A stretch of 32,000 bases of DNA from Methylorubrum extorquens (GCA_900234795.1 LT962688.1:1200001-1232000), one strand, 5' to 3'. Shown: positions 17,719-25,441, numbered from the stretch's first letter. Notes: generated by a model from the letters alone, not told the origin. Numbers and translations are program-made.

Positions 17719-19242
17719 ATGCCGGACGTCGATGTCGCAAATACCAGTCTCCTGCCGGCCGGCGGAGCCGGCTGGCAGGGACGACTTCGAGAGCGTCTCA
17801 AGGAGCGTCTCGGACCGGTCCGGTCCGGGCGCGCCGAGACGATCGCCGAGGCACGGCGCCGGATCGTCACCGGTGCCCTGCTCGCGGGCGACACCGTCGC
17901 CGTGCTGGTCGCCTGCGGGGGAAGCCTTCTCATGATGGCGGCGGCCGGAGCGGCCACCGGTCTCGCGCCGGCCATGCTGACCGGCTGGTGCGCCCTGCAG
18001 ATCTGCGCACTGGCCCTGTGCGGCCTCTACGAACCGATCGAGGCGGAGCCGATCGAGCGGCTCCGCCGCCGCGGTCTGGCCGCCGCCCTCGCGTTCGCCG
18101 CCGCCATCCTGGTCGGCGGCGGGCCCTGGTCCTGGCCGTGGTCCTGGGCCGCCACCGGGATCGCCGCCCTTCTCTCCATCCCGCTCGGGCATTACGCGGA
18201 GGGGTTCGTGCGTGCGCGTCTCGTCCGGCGGGGCGTGTGGGGGGCGGCGACCATCGTCTACGGCGAAGGTGCCGCCGAGCTGGCCCGCAGCCTCGCCGCG
18301 CGGCCGGAACTCGGGCTCCGACCGATCGGCATCGTCCGCGCGGCCGATCAAGTGGTCGAACCCTTCCGCACCGTCGTGTCGCCGGGGCCAGGAGAGGACA
18401 CCGAGCGGGCGGCCGAGCGCATGGCGAGCCTGCTGGAGGCGGCCGAGGTCGCCATCTGCACGCCCGGCGAACGCGAGCCCACCCGCTTCGCCTGGCTCAC
18501 CCGGCACCCGTTCCGGCAGGTGCTCGTAGCACACCATGCGCCGGAGGTGGAGACCGTGCGCCTCAAGACCCGCTGCCTCGGTCCCGTGGTCGGGCTCGTG
18601 GTGCGCCGGGCGATCTTCCTGCCGCACAACCTGCGCCTCAAGCGGGCGCTCGACCTTGCCGTGACGGTGCCGGGCCTTCTCGTCTGCGGACCGCTGATCG
18701 GTGTGCTGGCGCTCGCGGTGAAGATCGCCGATCCGGGCCCGGCCTTCTACGTCCAGCCCCGCGTCGGGCGGGATGGCCGCACCATCCGCGTGTACAAGCT
18801 GCGCAGCATGTTCCGCGACGCGGAGGCGCGGCTCGCCGAGCATCTGGCCGCCGACGAGGCCGCCCGGCGCGAATGGGACCGGTTCTGCAAGCTGCGCAAC
18901 GATCCGCGCGTCCTGCCCGGCATCGGCGGCTTCATCCGGCGTACCAGCCTCGACGAGCTGCCCCAGCTCCTCAACGTGCTGCGCGGCGACATGAGCGTGG
19001 TCGGGCCCCGCCCCTTCCCCGCCTACCACACCGAGCGGTTCGGCCCGGCCTTCCAGGCGCTGCGGGCGAGCGTGCCGCCGGGCCTGACCGGACTGTGGCA
19101 GATCTCGGCCCGCAGCGACGGCGACCTCGCGGTCCAGGAGCAGCAGGACAGCTTCTACATCCGCAACTGGTCGATCTGGACCGACCTGTACATCCTTCTC
19201 GAGACGGTGCCGGCGGTGCTCAGCGCCAAGGGCGCCCGCTGA
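17719..19242 (+). CDS. Polyprenyl-phosphate sugar-1-phosphate transferase (WbaP/ExoY-type priming glycosyltransferase)
   Basis: 507 aa. N-terminal multi-TM region. C-terminal bacterial sugar-transferase domain: KRALDL..P.FY.Q.RVG..G..I.VYKLRSM, LRNDPRV..IG.FIRRTSLDELPQL.NVLRGDMS.VGPRP. Confidence 0.85.
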   Translation: MPDVDVANTSLLPAGGAGWQGRLRERLKERLGPVRSGRAETIAEARRRIVTGALLAGDTVAVLVACGGSLLMMAAAGAATGLAPAMLTGWCALQICALALCGLYEPIEAEPIERLRRRGLAAALAFAAAILVGGGPWSWPWSWAATGIAALLSIPLGHYAEGFVRARLVRRGVWGAATIVYGEGAAELARSLAARPELGLRPIGIVRAADQVVEPFRTVVSPGPGEDTERAAERMASLLEAAEVAICTPGEREPTRFAWLTRHPFRQVLVAHHAPEVETVRLKTRCLGPVVGLVVRRAIFLPHNLRLKRALDLAVTVPGLLVCGPLIGVLALAVKIADPGPAFYVQPRVGRDGRTIRVYKLRSMFRDAEARLAEHLAADEAARREWDRFCKLRNDPRVLPGIGGFIRRTSLDELPQLLNVLRGDMSVVGPRPFPAYHTERFGPAFQALRASVPPGLTGLWQISARSDGDLAVQEQQDSFYIRNWSIWTDLYILLETVPAVLSAKGAR

Positions 19243-19312
19243 GGAGGAGCCCCGGCGGCCCCTCCTCCCCTCGACGCGCTTCCCTTTTTCGATCCCGACG
19301 CAGGCGTGACCC

Positions 19313-21517
19313 ATGGATCCGTTCCACGAAGCCGACCCGCCCGGCGGCGGGCGATCGCTGACCTCCCATTACGAGGCGGTCACCGGGCACGCCCTCGCGG
19401 TGCTCTGGCGGCGCCGGATCATGATCGCCTCGATCGCCGGGCTGTCGGCGCTGGCGGCGGGGGCGGCCACGCTCGCCCTGCCGCCGAGCTACACCGCCGA
19501 GGTGCTGCTCCAGTTCGATTTCGGCCAGACCCAGGACGTGCGCGGGACGGGCAAGTCCGGCCCGCAGATCGCCCTCGAACCGGCCTCGGTCGTCGAGAGC
19601 GAGGCGCGCATCATCCGCTCCTTTGCCATCGCGCAATCCGTGGCGGGCCGGCTCGAGGACGCCGGGCAAGCCAAGCAGGCGGCCCAGGCGGGGCCTGCCG
19701 CCAAGGAGGCATCCGCGGGATGGGTCGGCTCCCTGAGGCAGGCCCTTGAGAACCGGGTTCAGGCCGCGCTGCCCGCCCTCCCCGGCACCCGTCCGGAAGA
19801 AACCGCGCAGCAGGAGACCGAGCGAGACGCCCAGGCGCAGCGGCTCCTGCGCGGGCTCACCGTCGGCAACGACGCCAAGGCCTATCTGATCACCATCGGC
19901 TACCGCGACCGCGATCCGAAGCGGGCGGCGGAGACCGCCAACACCTTCGCCACCGAGTATCTCGCCCGCAAGATGCAGGCGGCTTCGCTCGCCACCGAGC
20001 GGGCGAGCCGCTGGTACGCCGAGCAGATCCAGGTCTCGCGCGGTGAACTCGCCCGCCTGGACAGCGAGATCGACGCCTTCCGCAAGCGCACGGGCTTCGT
20101 CGAGTCGGTGCGCGAGGGCGTGGACCTGCGCGAGCAACAATTGCGCGACGCCCTCACCGAACTCTCCAGCGCCTCGGCCAAGCGGCTGGCGGAGGAGGCC
20201 CGGCTGCAGCGCGCCGGGGACGTGATGCGCTTCGGCGGCGTGCCGAACGCCTCCGACACGACGATCTCGCCGGTGATCCAGCAGATGCTGGCGGATGACA
20301 GCAAGCTGCGCCAGGAACTGGAGCAGCTCACCGCCGTCTCCGGCGACAACCACCCCAGCGTGCTGCGGCTCAAGGCCTCGATCGCCGCGCTCCAGCAGCG
20401 GCTTCAGCTCCGCATGGCCGAGGTTCTGAAACTGGTCGAGGTCGATCTCGGCGCCGCCCGCGGGCTCGAAGCCTCGGCCGAGGCGCGGGTCGCGACCGTG
20501 CGCCGCTCGCTCATCGAGAGCAAGGCGCTCGAATCGAAGCTCCGCGCACTCCAGGCCGACGCGACCGCCGCCCGCGACCGCCTGCGCGTCCTCGACGAGG
20601 GCTACCAGACCGCCAACGCGCTGAGCGAACTCAAGCCGGTGATGGCGCAGATGCTGGCGCCAGCCAAGGTGCCGACCCTGCCCACCGGGCCCGGCCTTGG
20701 CCTCGTGCTCGGCCTCGGCCTGTTCGCCGGGGCCGGCGCCGGCTCGGTGCTGGCGCTCGGGCTCGACCGCCGCGACCGGGGCTACCGCAGCCAGGGCGAG
20801 ATGGAGGCCGAGACCGGCCTGCCCTGCCTCGCGCTGCTGCCGAACCGGCCGGCGGGTGCGCAATCGGGCGAGCGCCTGGAGCAGGATCTCCTCTTCCGCG
20901 AGGCCGTGCGGGCGGCGGTGGCCGAACTCGTCGCGGTGCGCGAGCCGCTCAAGGTCGTCCTCGTCACCTCGGCGATGCCCGGTGAGGGCAAGTCCGTCGT
21001 CGCCCGCTCGGTGGCGCGCTCGCTCGCCGCGATGGGGCGCCGGGTGCTGATCCTCGACGGCTCGCCCCGCCGCGCGGCGATCGAGGACGGCCGCCACGGC
21101 AATCTCGGACACGAGACGCCGACCGACGACGAGGAGGCGGAGGGCCGCATCTCGACCATCCGCCGCGTCTCCGGCCTCAAGGACGGGCACGACATCTACG
21201 CCGAGCCGACCTTCGGCATGCTCGTGCGGGAGGCGCGCGAGCGCTACGACATCATCCTCGTGGAGGTGCCCCCGGTGCTGCTGCTGGGCGACGTCGCACT
21301 CCTGCGCCAGCACGCCGATGCCGTGGTCCATGTCGTGGCGTGGCACGGCACGCAGAAGGCCGCCGTCACCGCGAGCCTCGCCTATATGCGCCGGCTCGGG
21401 CTGACGGTCGCCGGGCTCGTCCTGAACAAGGTCGATCTGAAGCGCCACGAGGGCCGCGCCGCGGATCGCGGCACGCTCTACCGCGACTTCTCGCACTACT
21501 ACCGGAACAGCGCGTGA
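19313..21517 (+). CDS. Polysaccharide co-polymerase / BY-type tyrosine autokinase (Wzc/ExoP/GumC-like, PCP-2a)
   Basis: 734 aa. N-terminal TM plus Wzz-like region, a long coiled coil, and a second TM (GLGLVLGLGLFAGAG). C-terminal P-loop VLVTSAMPGEGKSVVA and Walker B-like DIILVEVPP. The tail contains Tyr residues (LYRDFSHYYRNSA). Confidence 0.85.
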   Translation: MDPFHEADPPGGGRSLTSHYEAVTGHALAVLWRRRIMIASIAGLSALAAGAATLALPPSYTAEVLLQFDFGQTQDVRGTGKSGPQIALEPASVVESEARIIRSFAIAQSVAGRLEDAGQAKQAAQAGPAAKEASAGWVGSLRQALENRVQAALPALPGTRPEETAQQETERDAQAQRLLRGLTVGNDAKAYLITIGYRDRDPKRAAETANTFATEYLARKMQAASLATERASRWYAEQIQVSRGELARLDSEIDAFRKRTGFVESVREGVDLREQQLRDALTELSSASAKRLAEEARLQRAGDVMRFGGVPNASDTTISPVIQQMLADDSKLRQELEQLTAVSGDNHPSVLRLKASIAALQQRLQLRMAEVLKLVEVDLGAARGLEASAEARVATVRRSLIESKALESKLRALQADATAARDRLRVLDEGYQTANALSELKPVMAQMLAPAKVPTLPTGPGLGLVLGLGLFAGAGAGSVLALGLDRRDRGYRSQGEMEAETGLPCLALLPNRPAGAQSGERLEQDLLFREAVRAAVAELVAVREPLKVVLVTSAMPGEGKSVVARSVARSLAAMGRRVLILDGSPRRAAIEDGRHGNLGHETPTDDEEAEGRISTIRRVSGLKDGHDIYAEPTFGMLVREARERYDIILVEVPPVLLLGDVALLRQHADAVVHVVAWHGTQKAAVTASLAYMRRLGLTVAGLVLNKVDLKRHEGRAADRGTLYRDFSHYYRNSA

Positions 21518-21777
21518 TGGGCGCGCAATCCGCAGCGAGCCCGGGGGTGGCGATCCTCGTGAGCGAATGGACCTTCGCCTGCGCGGCCTGCGGCTCCCCC
21601 GCCGTCACCTGGCCGGCGGACCCGACCGCCGAGGCGGCCATCGCCTGCGGCGGCTGCGCCCGGCCTTTGGGCACCCTCGCCGCCTTCCGGGCCGGGATCG
21701 AGCGGGTCCTGGCCACCCACCGCCCCCACGGGCAGGGCCAGGGCGGCGAGGCTTTCCCACCCACGACCTCGCCCTGA
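21517..21777 (+). CDS. Hypothetical 86-aa protein with a CxxC-N19-CxxC zinc-ribbon-like motif
   Basis: ATG 21517 overlaps the kinase stop (TGATG). GC3 is very high. Motif FACAACGSP...IACGGCARP. Its last codons and TGA stop lie inside REP-like element B. Confidence 0.45.
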   Translation: MGAQSAASPGVAILVSEWTFACAACGSPAVTWPADPTAEAAIACGGCARPLGTLAAFRAGIERVLATHRPHGQGQGGEAFPPTTSP

Positions 21778-21900
21778 GGTGCTGCGCAGCAGCCTCGAAG
21801 GATCCTCCGGATCCCGTGCGGTCCCCGGACGATCCTTCGAGGCTGGACGATCCTTCGAGGGCCGCGGGCACGGCCCCCCTCAGGATGAGGCGGAGGGATG
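21772..21900. repeat. Palindromic REP/MITE-like intergenic element, copy B
   Basis: Shares CCTGAGGTGC, GAAGGATCCTCC, GATCCTTCGAGG and CCTCAGGATGAGG with copy A. Contains an internal tandem duplication of GGACGATCCTTCGAGG (21827-21842 and 21845-21860). Confidence 0.75.
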
Positions 21901-21931
21901 GGTTTTCCGCCTCACCGCGCGGGCGTCGCGC

Positions 21932-23360
21932 TCAGACGAACAGGATATGACCCGCGTTCAACTCGGCCTTCTGGGTGTCGGCGAGCCAGAGCGTGTCCGA
22001 TCCAGAGCCGATCGCGACATCGGTGCCGACATCCTGCGCCGCGGCCAGGACGGCCTCGAACGAGCCGAACATCGACCGGCTGATCTCGATCGCGTCGGGC
22101 GCGGAACCGCCGGTCTCGAAATCCTCGACCCAATCGGTGCCGTTGCCGGCCTTGAACGCGAACCGGTCGGCCCCGGCCCCGCCCCAGAGATGATCGGTGC
22201 CGCTGCCGCCGTCGAGCCGGTCGTTGCCGGCCCCGCCATAGAGCGCATCGTCGCCGGCCAGCCCGTTGAGCGTGTCGTTGCCGTCCATCCCGTCGAGGTC
22301 GTCGGCGGCGTTCGATCCGGTCATCGTCTCGGCCCCGGCGGTGCCGTCGCGGTTGAGGCTGGTGCCGGAGGGTGAGGCGGCGACCGGGGGGCGGTGCCGG
22401 GCTGTCGCCCGTGACGACTCCGACGACGGTTCCGACCGTACCCGCCACCCAATCGAACACGTTGTGGATCGGCGTCATCGGCGTGGCCGAGGGCGCTGCC
22501 GACACGTCCGCGCCGGCCGAGGACGGGCCCCAGGCGATGTTGTTGGCCACAGCCGGGTCCGTGTAGGTCGAGTCGACGATCGACACGCCGTCGCCGGTCG
22601 CGTTCCAGATGACGGCGTTGGACAGGGGATCACCCCGGCCCTGGTCGGCGGCGATGTTGTCGAAGGAGCGGGTGTCGACGAAGGACACGTCGTCCGAATA
22701 GGACGAGAAGCCGCCATTGCCCATGTGGATCACGTCGACGTTCTGGACCTGGCCACCCTGCGAATTGCCCTCGAACATCACTCCGACGCCGCTCGGCGAA
22801 TTGTTGCCGTCGATCACGCCGTTGGTAATCGAGACGTTCTGGCTGTCGATGATCGAGACGTTGTCCTCGACATGCGACCCGTTCGGATCGTTGGTGACGG
22901 CGAAATCCGAGAGGCTGCCGTTCGGTGACTGGTAGAACTGGACGAACTGGCCCGACGGATAGAGCCCGTGGAAGTCGTGGCCCTCAATGTGGGAGAGCGT
23001 CGCGCCGGGCGACTGGCCGAGATAGATGCCGGTGCCGTTGTCCTGCAGCGTCACGTGCGAGGCGGTGAAATCGGGCGCATTGACGACCCGGATGCCCGTG
23101 GCCTCGCCGGCCTGGCCCTGGTTGCCGTTGGGCGGATCGGAATGGACGATCAGGCTGTTCTCGACGGTGACGCCGCTGGAATCCTCGACGACGATGCCGT
23201 TGCCGTCGGCGTGGTGAATGGTGACGTTGCGGATGACGACATTGTCGTGCTCGACGCGGATGGCGTTGCCGTCGGAGACCCAGAGATCCAGATTTTCGAT
23301 GACCTGTCCGTCATGCGTCGTACGGATGGGCGTGGTGCTTGTGGTCAAACCCGTGGGCAT
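21932..23360 (-). pseudogene. Secreted (T1SS-type) parallel beta-helix / RTX calcium-binding protein, paralogue 1. The reading frame is broken by a +1 insertion in a G6 run (or by a sequencing error)
   Basis: ATG 23360 with a GGAG RBS. No Sec signal peptide (MPTGLTTSTTPIRTTHDGQ). PbH1-like repeats (NVVIRNVTIHHADGNGIVVEDSSGVTVENSLIV..). The frame is lost after ..GDSPAPPP at the G-run 22386-22391. The next frame continues VAASPSGTSLNRDGTAGAETMTGSNAADDLDGMDGNDTLNGLAGDDALYGGAGNDRLDGGSGTDHLWGGAGADRF (GGxGxD nonapeptides) and ends ..AELNAGHILFV. Length 1429 nt (3n+1). Confidence 0.8.
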
Positions 23361-23417
23361 ATTTGCTCCATTTGTTAATATTACAACAAAATCAACAACT
23401 ATATGAATAGAATCAGT

Positions 23418-23443
23418 GGATCGACCTAGCAAATCTGCAACGT
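23418..23443 (-). promoter_or_regulatory. Conserved upstream motif TACGTTGCAGATTT-N6-TCGATC (paralogue 1 copy)
   Basis: Plus-strand GATCGA-N6-AAATCTGCAACGTA at 23418-23443, 58-83 nt upstream of start codon 23360. An identical composite motif with identical spacing lies at 25284-25309, upstream of paralogue 2. The flanking sequence has diverged. Confidence 0.35.
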
Positions 23444-23561
23444 AATTAATCTGCGCTAGGCCATGCGGCCTATTCGGCCTGGGAAGTCATTAACCGCAAA
23501 GCTTTTAGCCAAGGCACCGCCGCCCGATATTTTTCGCAGCGCACAACCGATGTGGCCGTGT

Positions 23562-23577
23562 GGCCACGCTTGATCGG
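23562..23577 (-). promoter_or_regulatory. Second conserved upstream island GGCCACGCTTGATCGG (paralogue 1 copy)
   Basis: A 16-nt exact match to 25426-25441. The offsets from the two start codons are 202 and 204 nt. Confidence 0.25.
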
Positions 23578-23733
23578 GTAGAGCGCGATTCGGTGGCGCG
23601 CCGCCGGCCGGGGCCGCGGAGGACCCCGCGACCACGACCGAAAGGCGCTTCAAGCCTGCCCCCGCGCAGCATCCGGCGACCGGCCCGCGTCCCTTCGGAC
23701 GCGACGGTGCACCGGACGCTTCGCGGGAAATGC

Positions 23734-25222
23734 TCAGACGAAGAGGAAGTCGCCGGCCGAGAGCTGCGCCTTGTGAACGTCGGCGAGCCACAGCGTGTCG
23801 GCGCCCGAGGTGATGGCGACATCGGAGCCGACATCATGGGCCGCGGCGAGCAGGGCGTTGAACGAACCGAACATCGCCTTGCTCACTTCGACGACGTCCT
23901 GCGCGGTGCCGCTGAGCTGGAAGTCCTCGACCCAGTCGGTGCCGTTGCCGGCCTTGAACACGAAGTGGTCCGCGCCGGTGCCACCCCAGAGGTGGTCGGT
24001 GCCGCTGCCGCCGTCGAGCCGGTCGTTGCCGGCCCCGCCGTAGAGGCGATCGTCGCCGGCCAGCCCGTTGAGCGTGTCGTTGCCGCCCCGCCCGTCGAGG
24101 TCGTCGGCGAAGCGCGAGCCGGTCATCGTCTCGGAGGACGCCGTGCCGTCGCGGTCGATGCCCGTGCCGGCCGGGGCCGTGGCCGTCGGGGCCGTCGGGG
24201 ACGGCGCCGGGGACGGCGCCGGAGTCGGGGCCGGGGCCGGGGTCGGTGCAGGAGTCGGGGCAGGCGTCGGCACCGGATCCGCAACCGGAGCGCTGCCGGT
24301 CGCCGTCCCGTCGAACACGTTGTGGATCGGCGTCATCGGCGTGGCCGAGGGCGCTGCCGACACGTCCGCGCCGGCCGAGGAGGTTCCCCCAGACGATGTT
24401 GTTGGCGACCCCTGGGTCCGTGTAGGTCGAGTCCTCGATCGTGACGTTGTGGCCGGTCGCGTTCCAGATCAGCCCGTTCGACAGCGACGCGCCGCGGCCC
24501 TGGTCGCCGGCATCGTTGTCGAAGGAGCGGGTGTCGACGAAGGACACGTCGTCCGAGTAGGACGAGAAGCCGCCATTGCTCATGTGGATCACGTCGACGT
24601 TCTGGACGTGGCCACCCTGCGAATTACCCTCGAACATCACGCCGGCACCGCTCGGCGAGTTGTTGCCGTCGATCACGCCGTTGGCGATCGAGACGTTCTG
24701 GCTGTCGATGATCGAGACGTTGTCCTCGACATGCGAGTGGCTCGCATCGTTGGTGACAGCGAAATCCGAGAGGCTGCCGTTCGGCGACTGGTAGAACTGA
24801 ACGAGCTGACCGCCGGGGAACGGCCCGTGGAAGTTGTGGCCCTCGATGTAGGAGAGCTTCGCGTTCGGGGACTGGCCGAGATAGATGCCGGTGCCGCTGT
24901 CCTGCAGGGTCACGTGCGAGGCGGTGAAGCCGGACGCGTTGACGACCCGGATGCCGGTGGTCTCCGCATCGGTCTCGCCCCCGTTGCCCGTGGGCGGATC
25001 GGAATTGACGATGAGGCTGTTCTGGACGGTGACGCCGCTGACGTCCTCGACGACGATACCGTTGCCGTCGGCGTGGTGAATGGTGACGTTGCGGATGACG
25101 ACGTTGTCGTGATCGACGCGGATGGCGTCGCCGTCGGAGACCCAGAGATCCAGATTTTCGATAACCTGTCCGTCGTACGTCGTGCGGATGGGGGTGGTGC
25201 TATAGGTTTGGCCCGCAGGCAT
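23734..25222 (-). pseudogene. Secreted (T1SS-type) parallel beta-helix / RTX calcium-binding protein, paralogue 2. The reading frame is broken by a +1 insertion in a C5/G5 run (or by a sequencing error)
   Basis: ATG 25222 with an AGGAG RBS. No signal peptide. The beta-helix region is collinear with paralogue 1 and highly similar by eye. The frame is lost after ..VANNIVWG at plus-strand C-run 24386-24390. Removing one base restores WGTSSAGADVSAAPSATPMTPIHNVFD, which matches paralogue 1. A Pro/Thr/Ala linker follows, then five GGxGxD repeats and the C-terminus ..AQLSAGDFLFV. Length 1489 nt (3n+1). Confidence 0.8.
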
Positions 25223-25283
25223 GATTGCTCCTTGAGATGCGATGATCGCAACGGAGCGGGGGACTAAAGAATGTTAGCGAGCA

Positions 25284-25309
25284 GATCGATTGCGTAAATC
25301 TGCAACGTA
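25284..25309 (-). promoter_or_regulatory. Conserved upstream motif TACGTTGCAGATTT-N6-TCGATC (paralogue 2 copy)
   Basis: See 23418-23443. Located 62-87 nt upstream of start codon 25222. Confidence 0.35.
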
Positions 25310-25385
25310 CCCCGTGAGGACTACTCCCCACGAGGTATGGGCCGACGAAAACGGTTCAGCTTAATGCTGTTTTCTCGCGGGTCTT

Positions 25386-25404
25386 TGTCAGAAATTTTCT
25401 GACA
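25386..25404. promoter_or_regulatory. Perfect palindrome TGTCAGAAA-T-TTTCTGACA (candidate operator)
   Basis: 9-bp perfect inverted arms around one central base, in a locally AT-rich stretch. Lies 164-182 nt upstream of the paralogue 2 start and about 230 nt downstream of the pmm stop. There is no counterpart upstream of paralogue 1. Confidence 0.3.
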
Positions 25405-25425
25405 GACAACGGCTTGTTGCCGAAC

Positions 25426-25441
25426 GGCCACGCTTGATCGG
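25426..25441 (-). promoter_or_regulatory. Second conserved upstream island GGCCACGCTTGATCGG (paralogue 2 copy)
   Basis: Exact 16-nt match to 23562-23577 at an equivalent distance from the start codon. Confidence 0.25.

Noticed and set aside
19220-21496. 758-aa minus-strand ORF antisense to the Wzc-like gene
   Set aside because: No motifs and Arg/Gly/Leu-rich. The plus-strand frame has a Wzz region, a coiled coil and a P-loop.
10658-21900. The REP-bracketed 11-kb block as a composite transposon or genomic island
   Set aside because: There is no transposase, integrase, tRNA target or direct target-site duplication visible. GC content and codon usage look native. The elements are more plausibly ordinary intergenic REP/MITE copies.
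23456-23837. Minus-strand ORFs 23456-23791 and 23505-23837 between the two RTX paralogues
   Set aside because: Arg/Gly/Pro-rich. They overlap the paralogue 2 3' end and its downstream hairpin (CGCGTCC-CTTC-GGACGCG at 23687-23704). No motifs or RBS.
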